This document shows, in pieces, positions 36,063 to 47,177 of a stretch of DNA of 64,000 nt. The notes below the pieces were generated by a model. It did no database searches and was not told the DNA's origin. It saw only the letters and a list, made by a program, of their open reading frames with translations. The stretch covers positions 44,770-108,769 of the forward strand of contig NZ_WASP01000019.1 of assembly GCF_009712225.1 (NCBI RefSeq). The letters run 5' to 3'. The translations under genes and the position numbers were made by a program. Origin of the DNA: Desulfovibrio sp. Its GTDB lineage: Bacteria; Desulfobacterota; Desulfovibrionia; Desulfovibrionales; Desulfovibrionaceae. Position 1 is the first letter of the stretch. Each line of letters starts with the position of its first letter.

Positions 36063-37994
36063 ATGGAAGTCCGCGTGGAAGGGCAGATGGTGGAGGCCGG
36101 TGATTCTGTAGCCTCTGCCCTGCAGAAAGCCTTGAGCGGTAAAAAGTTCAAGGCGGTCGTGGCCGCTCGTGCCGACAACGGCGCGCTGCTGGATCTTTCC
36201 GCACCCCTGCCTGCTGGCTGCGCCGAGCTTGCGCCCGTGTATGCCGACTCGGCCGAAGGTCTGCAGATGATCCGTCACTCTACCGCCCATGTGATGGCTG
36301 CGGCGGTCAAGCGTCTCTTCCCCACGGCCAAGGTCACTATTGGCCCCTCCATTGATACTGGCTTTTACTACGACTTTGACGTGGAAAAGCCTTTTTCCAG
36401 CGAAGATTTTCCCGCTATCGAAGCGGAAATGCAGCGCATTGCCGATGCGCGCGAGCCCTTTACCTGCAAGGTGCTGCCCAAGGCCGAAGCCGTTGAGGTT
36501 TTTCGCGCCATGGGCGAATCGTACAAGGTAGAGCTGATTGAAAGCATCGACGCCGATACGGTGTCGCTCTACACCTGCGGCGATTTCACCGACCTGTGCC
36601 GTGGCCCCCACGTGCCGCACACGGGCTTTGCCAAGGCGGCCAAGCTCATGAGCGTTGCCGGTGCCTACTGGCGTGGCGATGAAAAAAATCGCATGCTTTC
36701 GCGTATTTATGGCACGGCCTTTGCCGACCAAAAGGCGCTGGACGCCTACCTGAAACAGCTTGAAGAAGCCAAGCGCCGCGACCACCGCAAGCTGGGCCGC
36801 GAGCTCAACCTCTTTACTTTCAAGGAAGATGTTGCGCCCGGCATGGTTTTCTGGCTGCCCCGCGGCATGATGGTTCGCACCATACTTGAAGACTTCTGGC
36901 GGCGCGAGCACCTGAAGCGCGGTTACGAAATCGTGCAGGGCCCGCAGTTGCTGCGCGTGGAAACGTGGCAGAAATCCGGCCACTACGACCACTACCGCGA
37001 AAATATGTATTTTACGCAGATCGAGGAAGACGCTTACGGCGTCAAGCCCATGAACTGCATCTCGCATATGCTTATTTACGGCAACGAGCTGCACAGCTAC
37101 CGCGATCTGCCCCAGCGCTATTTTGAACTGGGCGTCGTGCACCGCCACGAAAAAAGTGGTGTGCTGCACGGGCTTTTGCGCGTGCGTCAGTTTACCCAGG
37201 ACGATGCGCATATTTTGTGCGCGCCAGAGCAGCTTGAAGGCGAAATTCTTGAGGTCATTCACCTTATCCGCGACCTCATGAATTTGTTTGGCTTCCAGTA
37301 CAAGGTGGCCGTATCTACCCGCCCCGAAAGCAGCATTGGTACCGACGAAGCCTGGGAACTGGCTACCAACGCCCTTACCAAGGCTGTTGAAAAAGCCGGG
37401 TTGCCCTACGAGATAAATGCGGGCGATGGCGCGTTCTACGGCCCCAAAATTGACGTGCGCCTGCTTGACTGCATCGGCCGTGAATGGCAATGCTCGACTA
37501 TTCAGGTTGATTTCACCCTGCCGGAGCGTTTTGACCTCACCTACGTGGGGCAGGACGGCGAACGGCACAGGCCGGTCATGGTGCACCGTGCCATCATGGG
37601 CTCGCTCGAGCGGTTCATCGGCATACTTGTTGAGAACTTCGCCGGTGCGCTGCCCACGTGGCTTGCGCCCGAGCAGGCTCGCCTGCTCACGGTGACAGAT
37701 GCCGGTGATGAGGCTACCCTGAAGATGTGCGACGAGCTGAAGGCGCTGGGTATCCGCGCCACGGCCGACACGCGCAACGAGAAGCTGGGCTTCAAGGTGC
37801 GCGAAGCGCAGCTTGCCAAGGTTCCGTTTATTCTGGTGGTGGGTGAAAAAGAAGTGCAGGCGGGCGGCGCCAATGTGCGCCTGCGCAATGGGGATAATCT
37901 GGGGCTCAAGTCCGTAGCGGAAATCGCCGCGCTTATCCGGGCGGACGCCGAGGAGCCTTTCAAACAAGGAGGGATGCGCTATAGCTTCGCCTAA
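36063..37994 (+). CDS. thrS: Threonine--tRNA ligase
   Basis: 643 aa with TGS N-terminus, editing-domain HSTAHV motif, class II core ([20 protein letters not shown]) and anticodon-binding C-terminus. Confidence 0.97.
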   Translation: MEVRVEGQMVEAGDSVASALQKALSGKKFKAVVAARADNGALLDLSAPLPAGCAELAPVYADSAEGLQMIRHSTAHVMAAAVKRLFPTAKVTIGPSIDTGFYYDFDVEKPFSSEDFPAIEAEMQRIADAREPFTCKVLPKAEAVEVFRAMGESYKVELIESIDADTVSLYTCGDFTDLCRGPHVPHTGFAKAAKLMSVAGAYWRGDEKNRMLSRIYGTAFADQKALDAYLKQLEEAKRRDHRKLGRELNLFTFKEDVAPGMVFWLPRGMMVRTILEDFWRREHLKRGYEIVQGPQLLRVETWQKSGHYDHYRENMYFTQIEEDAYGVKPMNCISHMLIYGNELHSYRDLPQRYFELGVVHRHEKSGVLHGLLRVRQFTQDDAHILCAPEQLEGEILEVIHLIRDLMNLFGFQYKVAVSTRPESSIGTDEAWELATNALTKAVEKAGLPYEINAGDGAFYGPKIDVRLLDCIGREWQCSTIQVDFTLPERFDLTYVGQDGERHRPVMVHRAIMGSLERFIGILVENFAGALPTWLAPEQARLLTVTDAGDEATLKMCDELKALGIRATADTRNEKLGFKVREAQLAKVPFILVVGEKEVQAGGANVRLRNGDNLGLKSVAEIAALIRADAEEPFKQGGMRYSFA

Positions 37995-37995
37995 T

Positions 37996-38526
37996 ATGAG
38001 ATTCCGTCGCGACATGCCGCAAGACGGTGTGCGTCGCAACGAGATGATCCGCGCCCGCGAAGTGCGCGTGATCGCCGCCGATGGCGAACAGCTTGGAATT
38101 CTGCAACGCAATGATGCTATTGCCCTGGCCAAAGAAGCCGGCATGGATCTTGTGGAGGTGGCTTCCACTTCTGAACCGCCCGTTTGTCGCATAATGGACT
38201 ACGGTAAGTTCAAGTACGAGCAGCAGAAAAAGAAGCAGGAAGCCAAAAAGCGGCAGGCCGTGGTGCAGATTAAGGAAATCAAGGTTCGCCCCAAGACGGA
38301 CGACCACGATTACGAAACCAAGGTCCGCCACATCCGCCGTTTTCTTGAAGACGGCGACCGCTGCAAGATTACTGTGTTTTTCAGGGGCCGCGAAATTGTC
38401 CACAAAGATCGCGGTATGGCCATTCTTGAACGGGTTGTGCAGGACCTTGCCGATATCGCCAAGGTTGATCAGGAAGCCCGCGCCGAAGGCCGCACTCTGC
38501 AGATGATGCTGGTTCCAAAAAAGTAG
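37996..38526 (+). CDS. infC: Translation initiation factor IF-3
   Basis: NEMIRAREVRVIAADGEQLGI.. and C-terminal domain KEIKVRPKTDDHDYETK. The candidate start is an ATG 1 nt after the thrS stop, not the AUU common in other bacteria. Confidence 0.93.
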   Translation: MRFRRDMPQDGVRRNEMIRAREVRVIAADGEQLGILQRNDAIALAKEAGMDLVEVASTSEPPVCRIMDYGKFKYEQQKKKQEAKKRQAVVQIKEIKVRPKTDDHDYETKVRHIRRFLEDGDRCKITVFFRGREIVHKDRGMAILERVVQDLADIAKVDQEARAEGRTLQMMLVPKK

Positions 38527-38652
38527 CCGTGTGACATCTGTGCAAGGGGACGAATTTTCCCTTGCGCGGTACGGCGCTTTGGGGCATTATGCCCTTCCCT
38601 TGGTGCGCCCGTAAAACGGCGGCCAAGTGTATACGTTTTTAAGGAGTACGCC

Positions 38653-38850
38653 ATGCCCAAGATCAAAACCCGGCGTTCCGCCGCCAAGCGTTTTTCGCAG
38701 ACCGGCAGCGGTAAGTTCAAGCGTCGCCGCCAGAACTTGCGCCACATTCTGACCAAGAAGGCCGCCAGCCGCAAGATGCGCTTGGGTCAGTCCACCACCG
38801 TGGATCAGACCAACGAGAAGGCTGTGCGCCGGATGCTGCCCAACGGCTAG
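38653..38850 (+). CDS. rpmI: 50S ribosomal protein L35
   Basis: [36 protein letters not shown]. Confidence 0.96.
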   Translation: MPKIKTRRSAAKRFSQTGSGKFKRRRQNLRHILTKKAASRKMRLGQSTTVDQTNEKAVRRMLPNG

Positions 38851-39218
38851 CTGACTTGCCCATTCGCCCGTTGGCTTTGTCAGCCTGCGGGGCGCGCCTC
38901 GGTCACATAGGTCTAACTATGCTCCGCTCGGCGCTTCCCTTGGCTTCCGAGTCAACGAACGAATTAGCTGCGTCAGCCGTTTGCATTGCAGACAGCAGAA
39001 ACAGCAGAGCAAGATATTGCGCAAATCACGGCAAGCGCTGTGAAATCGCAAGGCAAATTCTGTAGGGACTTAGGTAAATCAGCGCGATGCTACGGCATCG
39101 GCGGCGCATGCGGAGCCGCGACTGACGTTCAATCCGCGTCTCTCATTTGAGAGTCTGGAGTTTTTTACGCTCCCCAACGGGCATTCCTCCGCCTGGTTGG
39201 GAGAAGGAGGCAGCGCAT

Positions 39219-39572
39219 ATGCGTGTAAAGAGAGGTCTTGCAAGTCATCGTCGTCACAAAAAATATTTGACCGCAGCCAAGGGTTTCCGCGGCGGCCGCA
39301 GCCGTCTGTATCGCACCGCGCGCGAGGCTGTGGAACGCTCGATGCAGTATTCTTATGTGGGCCGCAAGCAGAGGAAACGCGATTTCCGCACTCTGTGGAT
39401 TCTCCGCATCAACGCCGGCGCGCGTTTGAGCGGTCTGTCCTACAGCCGCTTCATGCACGGCCTCAAGCAGGCTGGCATTGAGCTGAACCGTAAGGTTCTG
39501 GCTGACCTTGCCGTGTATCACAAGGACGACTTCGCCAAGATCGTCGATCTGGCCAAGGCCGCTCTGAAGTAA
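39219..39572 (+). CDS. rplT: 50S ribosomal protein L20
   Basis: The ATG at 39219 follows [42 protein letters not shown]. Confidence 0.96.
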   Translation: MRVKRGLASHRRHKKYLTAAKGFRGGRSRLYRTAREAVERSMQYSYVGRKQRKRDFRTLWILRINAGARLSGLSYSRFMHGLKQAGIELNRKVLADLAVYHKDDFAKIVDLAKAALK

Positions 39573-39669
39573 GAGTGGCGCTCCCCGCGCCGGAGGGCAG
39601 CCTCCTGGCAGCGACGCATGATTCCTGGCGGAACAGTGCGGCTTGCGGGAGCGGGGCCTTGCATGGTAT

Positions 39670-39714
39670 AAGGCGCGGGCGGTGCACAAGCGCCGTCCGC
39701 GCCTTGATTTTTTT
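39670..39714 (+). terminator. Rho-independent terminator after rplT
   Basis: 13-bp stem aaggcgcgggcgg/ccgtccgcgcctt (one G-T) followed by gattttttt. Confidence 0.8.
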
Positions 39715-39889
39715 GTGTTGCCGGTAAACCCGGCAGGCAGGGCGAATTCATGCCGTGAGGAAGCGTGGGCGCAGAATTGGCATGCTGCCGCAAGGGCGGG
39801 TCTGATAGCAGGCCACCCCGCAGCTCTCCCTTTCAGCAACCGCGCCTCCCTTAACAAAAGCCGCACCACGCGGCATTGGGATATCCGCT

Positions 39890-40927
39890 ATGGATCTGAT
39901 TTCTGCACTGGAAAGCCTGGTTCCTGAACTTGAAAAAGGTCTGGGCCAGGCTTCTTCGTTGGATGCCCTTGAGGCTTTGCGCGTGGATGTTCTGGGTCGC
40001 AAGGGCCGCATAGCCCAGATCATGGCCCAGTTGCCTTCGCTTGCCCCGGCAGACCGTCCCGCCGTGGGCCAGACTGCCAACAGCGTCAAAGAACGCTGCA
40101 ACGCCCTGTTTGAAGCCCGCAAGGCCGCCCTTGAGGCTGGTCGCGAGGCCGAAGCGCTGCGCCGTTTCGATCCCTCCGTGCCCGGTCGCGCCCCCTGGCG
40201 CGGCAGCCTGCACCCCACCACACTGGTGACCGAAGAAATCTGCCAGATCTTTCAGGGGCTGGGCTTTGACGTTGCCTCCGGCCCGGAAGTGGAAATCGAC
40301 TACTACAATTTTGAGGCGCTCAACATGCCGCCCGAACACCCCGCCCGCGACATGCAGGATACCCTGTACGTCACCGAAAAGGTGCTCATGCGCACGCATA
40401 CTTCGCCCGTGCAGGCCCGCACCATGCTGGCGCGCAAGCCTCCCCTGGCTGTTATCGCCCCCGGCAAGGTCTACCGCCGCGACAGCGACATTACCCACAC
40501 CCCCATGTTCCATCAGATTGAAGGTCTCATGGTGGGCGAGGGTATCAGCATGGCCCATCTGCGCGGCACGCTTACGGCATTTGTGCGCGCGGTGTTTGGC
40601 GCTGAAACCCAGGTGCGTTTTCGCCCCAGCTTCTTCCCCTTTACCGAGCCTTCGGCAGAAGTGGACATTTCGTGCTGCATGTGCGGCGGCAAGGGCCACA
40701 TTGGCGATGCCCCGTGCCGCGTGTGCAAAACCACCGGCTGGGTTGAAATTCTGGGCTGCGGCATGGTTGACCCGGCAGTGTTCGAGGCCGTGGGTTACCC
40801 CGCCGACGTCAGCGGTTTTGCCTTTGGCATGGGCGTGGAACGCGTGACCATGCTCAAGTACGGCATTGGCGATCTGCGCATGTTTTTTGAAAACGACGTG
40901 CGCTTTTTGGGCCAGTTTGCCCGGTAG
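39890..40927 (+). CDS. pheS: Phenylalanine--tRNA ligase alpha subunit
   Basis: Class II motifs ([28 protein letters not shown]). Confidence 0.96.
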   Translation: MDLISALESLVPELEKGLGQASSLDALEALRVDVLGRKGRIAQIMAQLPSLAPADRPAVGQTANSVKERCNALFEARKAALEAGREAEALRRFDPSVPGRAPWRGSLHPTTLVTEEICQIFQGLGFDVASGPEVEIDYYNFEALNMPPEHPARDMQDTLYVTEKVLMRTHTSPVQARTMLARKPPLAVIAPGKVYRRDSDITHTPMFHQIEGLMVGEGISMAHLRGTLTAFVRAVFGAETQVRFRPSFFPFTEPSAEVDISCCMCGGKGHIGDAPCRVCKTTGWVEILGCGMVDPAVFEAVGYPADVSGFAFGMGVERVTMLKYGIGDLRMFFENDVRFLGQFAR

Positions 40928-40933
40928 GTCAGT

Positions 40934-41374
40934 ATGCCCAGTGTTGTCAGTTGCATAGCACGCAGTGTCATGCCTGCCCGGTTGCGCCGCCAGCGTGCGG
41001 TGTTGCCGCTCGCTTTTGTATTACTTGCGTTGCTGTCCGCGGTTTCGCTTGCACCTTGCAGCCCGCAGTGGCTGGCTGCGCCTTCGGCTCTGGCGGCCTC
41101 TGCCTACAGCGCGCGCAATTCGGGTATGGATCCGCCCGGTGAGCCAAAACGCATTGAGGCCCTGCCAAGCAAGAGCGCCGGGCGCACCGCCGAGGGTGGC
41201 ATGGGGTATACCGATGCCTACGGCAACACCATTGACGACCGCCAGCCGGAAGAAAAGCCCGAACGCAAGCGCCCTCTGCCGGGAGCCTATGGACCGGGCG
41301 CGGGCCAGGGCGGCCACTACGAGCGCCCTCTGCCCAACCCGCAAAATCAAACTCCTGCCTGGAGTTTCAAATAA
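40934..41374 (+). CDS. Small exported hypothetical protein inserted between pheS and pheT
   Basis: ORF begins 6 nt after the pheS stop (alternative ATG at 40970). Arg-rich n-region plus hydrophobic core (RRQRAVLPLAFVLLALLSAVSLA). Gly/Pro-rich C-terminal part. Confidence 0.5.
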   Translation: MPSVVSCIARSVMPARLRRQRAVLPLAFVLLALLSAVSLAPCSPQWLAAPSALAASAYSARNSGMDPPGEPKRIEALPSKSAGRTAEGGMGYTDAYGNTIDDRQPEEKPERKRPLPGAYGPGAGQGGHYERPLPNPQNQTPAWSFK

Positions 41375-41404
41375 CCACGCCAAGGCGCGGAAACAGGACG
41401 AACT

Positions 41405-43816
41405 ATGCTGCTCTCACTTTCATGGCTGCGTGAATTTACTCCGTATGAAGGAACGGCCGAGGCGCTGGGCGACCGCCTGACCATGCTCGGCCTGGAGCTG
41501 GAAGACATCAGGCGACCCTACGATGCCATCGGCTCCATTGTGGTGGGGCATGTGGTTTCGTGCGACAACCACCCGGAATCTGACCACCTGCATGTGTGCA
41601 AGGTGGACGCCGGGCAGGGCGAGCTGCTGGATATCGTTTGCGGTGCGCCCAACGTGGCAGCCGGGCAAAAGGTTCCTGTGGCTCTGGTTGGCACAAAAAT
41701 GCCCGACGGCCTGGTGATCAAAAAGGCCAAGCTGCGCGGCGCGCCTTCCTTTGGCATGATTTGCTCTGAACGCGAGCTGGGCCTGACCGAAGACCACACC
41801 GGCATCATGGTGCTGCCCGAAAGCTTTGTGGTGGGCAAGCCCCTGGTGGAACAGCTTGAGCTGGACAGGGAAGTGCTCGATATTTCCATTACGCCCAACC
41901 GTGCGGACTGCCTCTCGGTGCTGGGCCTCGCCCGTGAAACCGCCCTTGCGTGCAGCCTGCCACTTTCCATCCCTGATCTGCCGCTCGAACTTGACGCAGC
42001 AGGGTCTGAGGTGCTGGTTCCCATTGATATTGAAGACCCCGAACACTGCTGGCTGTATTCTGGCCGAGTGATTACGGGCGTCAAGATCGGGCCTTCGCCC
42101 ATGCGCCTGCGTCACCGCCTGCATGCCGTGGGTGTGCGCCCCATTTCCAATATCGTGGACGTGACCAACTACATTCTTTTTGAATGCGGTCAGCCCCTGC
42201 ACTCCTTCGACATGGACAAGCTCGAGGGTGGCCGCATTGTGGTGCGCCGCGCGCAGGAAGGCGACAAGTTCACCACCCTGGACGGACAGGAACGCACGCT
42301 TACCGGTGCCGACCTGTACATACGCGACGGAGCCCGCGCCGTGGCACTGGCCGGTGTTATGGGCGGCCTGAACAGCGAGATTTCCGATGCAAGCACCAAC
42401 GTGTTTCTGGAAAGCGCCGTGTTCAAGCCCGCCACCATCCGCAAAACTTCGCGCCGTCTGGGCCTTTCGTCCGAAGCTTCGTACCGCTTCGAACGTGGCA
42501 TTGACCAGCAGCGCACCGTGTGGGCGCTTGACCGCGCCTGCGCCATGATGGCCGCCGTGAGTGGCGGACGCGTGCAGCGTGGCCTTTCCATCAGTGAACC
42601 CTGCCCCTTCAAGGGCGCGAGCATCGAATTCCGCCCCGCTCGTGCCGATTCTCTGCTGGGTGTGCACCTCACCAACGAGTTTGACGAAAGGGTGCTGACC
42701 GGCATGGGCTGCAACGTGGACAAGGGCGAAAACAGCCCCGTGTGGCGCGTGAGCCAGCCTTCGTGGCGGCCCGATCTCACCCGCGAGGCCGATCTTATTG
42801 AAGAAGTGGGCCGCGTGCACGGGCTCGATACCATCGCTCCCGTGCTGCCCGCCGTTGCCCGCAATCTTGACCGCGCTGGCGAGCCGGAATCCCGCTATGG
42901 TTTCTGGTCGCGCCTGAAGCACTGGGGTGCCGGTCTTGGCCTCAACGAAGCTGTGAACTACAGCTTTGTGGGCCACAAGGACATGGACCACCTGAGCCTG
43001 CCCCGCGAGGGCCGCATCTCCATCATGAACCCCCTGTCGGCAGAACAGGATGCCCTGCGCACCGCGCTGGCCCCTGGCCTGCTGTACGATCTGCGCAACA
43101 ACCTTGCCCAGGGTGCTCAGGGGCTGCGACTGTTTGAACTGGCCAATATTTTTGAGGCCGATGCCGCTTCTGAAACCACTGCCCGTGAAACGGGCATGCT
43201 GGGCGTGCTGCTGTACGGCGCGCGTTACGACACTGCCTGGCCCCAGGCAGAAGGCGATATGGACTACGCCGACCTCAAGGGCGTGGTGGAAAACCTGCTG
43301 CACTACCTGCACCTTGAAGCTCCCACCTACGAGCTTGCGCAGCAGCACGCCTTTTTGCTGCCCTGCGTCAACATCTTTGTGCAGGGCCGCGCCGTGGGCT
43401 TCATGGGCCGGGTCAAACCCGCCATGGCCGACGAATATCATGCGCGCAAGGACGTGTGGGTGGCCGAGATGAACCTCGAAATCCTGCGCGAGCTTCACGA
43501 TGCGGCCACGGTGCGCTTTGCGCCCCTGCCCGTATACCCGCCCGTACGACGCGATATTACGGTTACCACTGGTACCGGTCTCAAGGTGGCCGACATTATT
43601 GCCCATGTGCAGGGCCTCAAGGTTGCCCTGCTGGAAGACGTGGCCCTGGTCGACTGCTTTGAACCCAAGGTGGAGCAGGACGAAGAGCCCGTGCGCAACC
43701 TTACCTTCCGGCTTACCTTCCGCCATGCGGAGCGTACCCTGAAGGATACGGAAGTGGACAAAGAGCGGGAGAAGGTGGCACAGTCACTGGTGAGCGCTCT
43801 GGGCGTAAAGATCTAG
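41405..43816 (+). CDS. pheT: Phenylalanine--tRNA ligase beta subunit
   Basis: 803 aa. N-terminal MLLSLSWLREF.., tRNA-binding domain, B3/4 and B5 domains, FDX-ACB C-terminus. Confidence 0.96.
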   Translation: MLLSLSWLREFTPYEGTAEALGDRLTMLGLELEDIRRPYDAIGSIVVGHVVSCDNHPESDHLHVCKVDAGQGELLDIVCGAPNVAAGQKVPVALVGTKMPDGLVIKKAKLRGAPSFGMICSERELGLTEDHTGIMVLPESFVVGKPLVEQLELDREVLDISITPNRADCLSVLGLARETALACSLPLSIPDLPLELDAAGSEVLVPIDIEDPEHCWLYSGRVITGVKIGPSPMRLRHRLHAVGVRPISNIVDVTNYILFECGQPLHSFDMDKLEGGRIVVRRAQEGDKFTTLDGQERTLTGADLYIRDGARAVALAGVMGGLNSEISDASTNVFLESAVFKPATIRKTSRRLGLSSEASYRFERGIDQQRTVWALDRACAMMAAVSGGRVQRGLSISEPCPFKGASIEFRPARADSLLGVHLTNEFDERVLTGMGCNVDKGENSPVWRVSQPSWRPDLTREADLIEEVGRVHGLDTIAPVLPAVARNLDRAGEPESRYGFWSRLKHWGAGLGLNEAVNYSFVGHKDMDHLSLPREGRISIMNPLSAEQDALRTALAPGLLYDLRNNLAQGAQGLRLFELANIFEADAASETTARETGMLGVLLYGARYDTAWPQAEGDMDYADLKGVVENLLHYLHLEAPTYELAQQHAFLLPCVNIFVQGRAVGFMGRVKPAMADEYHARKDVWVAEMNLEILRELHDAATVRFAPLPVYPPVRRDITVTTGTGLKVADIIAHVQGLKVALLEDVALVDCFEPKVEQDEEPVRNLTFRLTFRHAERTLKDTEVDKEREKVAQSLVSALGVKI

Positions 43817-43894
43817 CAACGTGCGCGCCGGCCCGGCTTTTTCGGGCCTGCGCATTTCCAGCACATGGTCAGAGAGTTTCAGGAGGGGTATAGC

Positions 43895-44248
43895 ATGTCG
43901 GACCACACGCCCGACAATACCTATCGCATAGGCGAGGTTGCGGAACTGCTCGACCTCAAGACCCATGTGCTGCGCTTCTGGGAAACGGAGTTTCCCCAGC
44001 TGGCGCCGTTGCGCACCGGTAAGGGCCAGCGCCTGTACACAGAAGAAAACGTGGCCCTGTTGCGCCGTATCCAGCAGTTGCTGCACGAGCAGGGCATGAC
44101 CATTGAAGGCGCGCGTCGCGTGCTTGCGGGCAGTGCGGTGGTGGATGACAGCCTGCCCGAAAGGGTGGCGGCCGTGCCCGACCCGAATTTTATGCGCATG
44201 CTTCAGCGCGAGCTGATCTCGCTGCGCCGCCTGCTCAGCGAAAAGTAG
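43895..44248 (+). CDS. MerR-family transcriptional regulator
   Basis: AGGAGG RBS. YRIGEVAELLDLKTHVLRFWETEF helix-turn-helix. Confidence 0.88.
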   Translation: MSDHTPDNTYRIGEVAELLDLKTHVLRFWETEFPQLAPLRTGKGQRLYTEENVALLRRIQQLLHEQGMTIEGARRVLAGSAVVDDSLPERVAAVPDPNFMRMLQRELISLRRLLSEK

Positions 44249-44395
44249 GCAGCCTTGGCAGCTGCAAGCCAGACCCGGCTTGCGTAAATAACTGATGCGG
44301 CAGTACGCCTGCCGAAAATTTCAGGGAAGGGACGCGGGGGAGGCGACCCTTTCTGTTGGTGGTCCTCCCCCGCAAAACGACCCCCCGATATAATC

Positions 44396-45115
44396 ATGAT
44401 TTTATCGCCCTCATTGCTGTCTGCCGATTTCGCCCGACTGGCCGAAGAGCTTGCCGCTCTTGAAGCAGCTGGCGTCACCTGGTTGCATCTGGACGTAATG
44501 GATGGGGCCTTTGTGCCCAACATTACCTTTGGTCCCCCGTTGATTAAGGCCTTGCGGTCTGTCAGCGGGCTTTTTTTTGACGTGCACCTCATGGTGAATG
44601 ATCCGGCCCGGTACATTGCTGATTTTCACAAGGCCGGGGCAGACATGCTGGTTATCCACGCCGAGGCCGACAGGCACCCCCAGCGCACCCTCACGGCCAT
44701 ACGGGCCATGGGTTGCAAGGCGGGCCTTGCCCTCAACCCCGGCACGGATATCAGCGCGGCACGGTGGCTGGCGGCAGATATGGACATGCTGCTGCTCATG
44801 AGCGTGAACCCTGGTTTTTCGGGGCAGGCTTTTATTCCCGCCACGTTTGACAAAATCCGCGCCGCCCGCCAGATGCTCGACGCCAACGGCGGAGCCGACG
44901 CGCTTATCCAGATCGACGGCGGCGTGTGCCCCGAAAACACGGCCCAGCTTGTGGATGCCGGAGCAGAAGTTCTTGTGTCCGGTTCGGCCTTTTTTGGCCA
45001 CAAACCATACGACAAGCGGCTTGCCGCCTTCATGGCTCCCTTGGCGGGCAGAACACCCCGCTCTGCGGAAGAAGCCCTGAAACGACGCGCCGCCAACAAT
45101 ATCACGCAAAAGTAG
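44396..45115 (+). CDS. rpe: Ribulose-phosphate 3-epimerase
   Basis: [38 protein letters not shown]. Confidence 0.93.
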   Translation: MILSPSLLSADFARLAEELAALEAAGVTWLHLDVMDGAFVPNITFGPPLIKALRSVSGLFFDVHLMVNDPARYIADFHKAGADMLVIHAEADRHPQRTLTAIRAMGCKAGLALNPGTDISAARWLAADMDMLLLMSVNPGFSGQAFIPATFDKIRAARQMLDANGGADALIQIDGGVCPENTAQLVDAGAEVLVSGSAFFGHKPYDKRLAAFMAPLAGRTPRSAEEALKRRAANNITQK

Positions 45116-45126
45116 AGGAAAGAGTC

Positions 45127-47133
45127 ATGCCCACCCGCAGACAGTGCGCCAATGCCATCCGCGCCCTTGCCATGGACGCCATTGAAAAAGCCCGCTCCGG
45201 TCACCCCGGCGCACCTCTGGGAATGGCCGACATGGCCGAAGCCCTGTGGCGTCACGGTTTCAAGCACAACCCCGCCAACCCCCGCTGGTTTGACCGCGAC
45301 AGGTTTGTGCTTTCCAACGGCCATGCTTCCATGCTGCTGTACGCCCTGCTGCACCTCACAGGCTACGATCTGCCCATGGAAGAGCTGCGCAACTTCCGCC
45401 AGTGGGGAGCCAAAACCGCAGGCCACCCGGAATACGAACCCGATCTGGGCATTGAAATGACCACCGGCCCTCTGGGGCAGGGCATTTCTTCCGCCGTGGG
45501 CATGGCGCTGGCCGAAAGCATGCTGGCCGCCCGTTACAATACGCCTGAACACAAGATTGTGGACCACCACACCTATGTGTTCACCGGCGACGGCTGCCTG
45601 ATGGAAGGAGTCTCGCACGAAGCCTGCTCTCTGGCGGGCACCTGGGGCCTCGGCAAGCTCATCACCCTCTATGATTCCAACGGTATTTCCATCGACGGCA
45701 AGATCGACGGCTGGTTCAACGAAGACGTGGCCGCGCGCTTCCGCGCCTATCACTGGCAGGTCATCGGCCCCATCAACGGGCACGACGCTTCGGCCCTGGA
45801 CGCAGCCATTGCCGAGGCCAAGTCCGACCACAGCCGTCCCAGCCTTATCATCTGCCGTACCCACATTGGTTTTGGTTCGCCCAAGGCCGATTCGTCCTCC
45901 TGCCATGGCTCGCCTCTTGGCGACGAGGGTATTGCCGCCACCCGCGCTGCCCTTGGCTGGACAGAGGAACCCTTCAGCGTTCCCCAGGATCTGTACAAGG
46001 CGTGGGACGCGCGCGAAAAGGGCAAGGCCGACGAGGCCGCCTGGGAACACACCTTTGCGGAATACGCCACTGCCAACCCCGAGCTGGCTGCCGAATTTAC
46101 CCGCCGCATGCGCGGCGAACTGCCCGGCGGCTGGGCGACCATTGCCCAGAACATGGTGGCCGACGCCGTGAGCAAGGCCGAAACCACGGCAACCCGCGTG
46201 GCCTCCAAAAAAGCGCTGGAATGCCTTGTGCCCTATCTGCCCGAACTGGTGGGCGGCTCTGCTGACCTCACCGGCTCTGTAGGCACGCTCACCAGCTCTT
46301 CCGAGCACATGGACGTGCAGACCCACGAGGGCAACTATGTTTCCTACGGCGTGCGCGAATTCGGCATGAGCGCCATCATGAACGGCTTTGCCCTGCACGG
46401 CGGTTTTATTCCTTACGCCGGTACGTTCATGTCTTTTGCCGATCAGGCCAAAAACGCCCTGCGTCTTGCCGCCATCATGGGTATCCGCTCTGTGTGGGTG
46501 CTGACGCACGACTCCATCGGCGTGGGCGAGGACGGCCCAACCCACCAGCCAGTGGAGCAGCTCGGCATGCTGCGCCTGATGCCCAATTTCAACGTGTGGC
46601 GTCCCTGCGACACGGTGGAAACCGCCGTGGCCTGGCGCTGCGCCCTCGAGAACGCCCACACGCCTACCGGTCTTTCACTTTCGCGCCAGAATCTGCCTTT
46701 CTGCCAGCGTACCGATGCACAGGTAGAGGCCATTGAGCGCGGCGGCTATGTACTGCGCGACTGCAAGGGTACGCCCGAGATCATCCTTATGGCCACCGGT
46801 TCCGAAGTGGGTCTGGCCCTTGAGACGGCAGAGCAGCTGAACGCCAATGGCCGCAAGGCCCGCGTGGTTTCCATGCCCTGCACCGAGATTTTTGACGCGC
46901 AGGACGCGGCCTACAAGGAAAGCGTGCTGCCCCGTGGCGTGCGCGCCCGCATTGCCATTGAAGCCGCAGCGGCGGACTACTGGCGCAAGTATGTGGGCCT
47001 TGACGGCGCAGTGGTCGGCATGGAGCGCTTTGGCGCCTCCGCGCCTGCCAAGGTACTTTTTGAGCGCCTGGGCTTTACCGTGGCGCATGTGCTGGAACTG
47101 GCGGAAGAGCTTTTGCAGCAGGGTACGAAGTAG
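45127..47133 (+). CDS. tkt: Transketolase
   Basis: Start re-set to the ATG at 45127. [23 protein letters not shown], ThDP motif GDGCLMEG, and transketolase signature 2. Confidence 0.96.
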   Translation: MPTRRQCANAIRALAMDAIEKARSGHPGAPLGMADMAEALWRHGFKHNPANPRWFDRDRFVLSNGHASMLLYALLHLTGYDLPMEELRNFRQWGAKTAGHPEYEPDLGIEMTTGPLGQGISSAVGMALAESMLAARYNTPEHKIVDHHTYVFTGDGCLMEGVSHEACSLAGTWGLGKLITLYDSNGISIDGKIDGWFNEDVAARFRAYHWQVIGPINGHDASALDAAIAEAKSDHSRPSLIICRTHIGFGSPKADSSSCHGSPLGDEGIAATRAALGWTEEPFSVPQDLYKAWDAREKGKADEAAWEHTFAEYATANPELAAEFTRRMRGELPGGWATIAQNMVADAVSKAETTATRVASKKALECLVPYLPELVGGSADLTGSVGTLTSSSEHMDVQTHEGNYVSYGVREFGMSAIMNGFALHGGFIPYAGTFMSFADQAKNALRLAAIMGIRSVWVLTHDSIGVGEDGPTHQPVEQLGMLRLMPNFNVWRPCDTVETAVAWRCALENAHTPTGLSLSRQNLPFCQRTDAQVEAIERGGYVLRDCKGTPEIILMATGSEVGLALETAEQLNANGRKARVVSMPCTEIFDAQDAAYKESVLPRGVRARIAIEAAAADYWRKYVGLDGAVVGMERFGASAPAKVLFERLGFTVAHVLELAEELLQQGTK

Positions 47134-47177
47134 CCCCTCTGCCAAACCGGGCCAATCCTCTGACAGGGAGAACACAT

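Noticed and set aside
36027-38192. 721-aa minus-strand ORF opposite thrS. The same applies to 41420-43726 opposite pheT, 44626-46659 opposite tkt, 21176-22981 opposite yidC, 5886-7415 opposite nfnB and 22875-24332 opposite jag.
   Set aside because: These are shadow ORFs antisense to unambiguous housekeeping genes. Composition is low-complexity and His/Gly/Ala/Arg-rich, with no recognisable domains.
38856-39065. 69-aa ORF inside the rpmI-rplT spacer
   Set aside because: It has no RBS, starts 6 nt after the rpmI stop in a different frame, has odd Ala/Ser/Cys/Arg composition and shows no motif. The spacer is reported as a possible RNA element.
39776-39795. TGGCAT...GC motif upstream of pheS as a sigma54 promoter
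   Set aside because: The spacing between the GG and GC dinucleotides does not match the -24/-12 rule.
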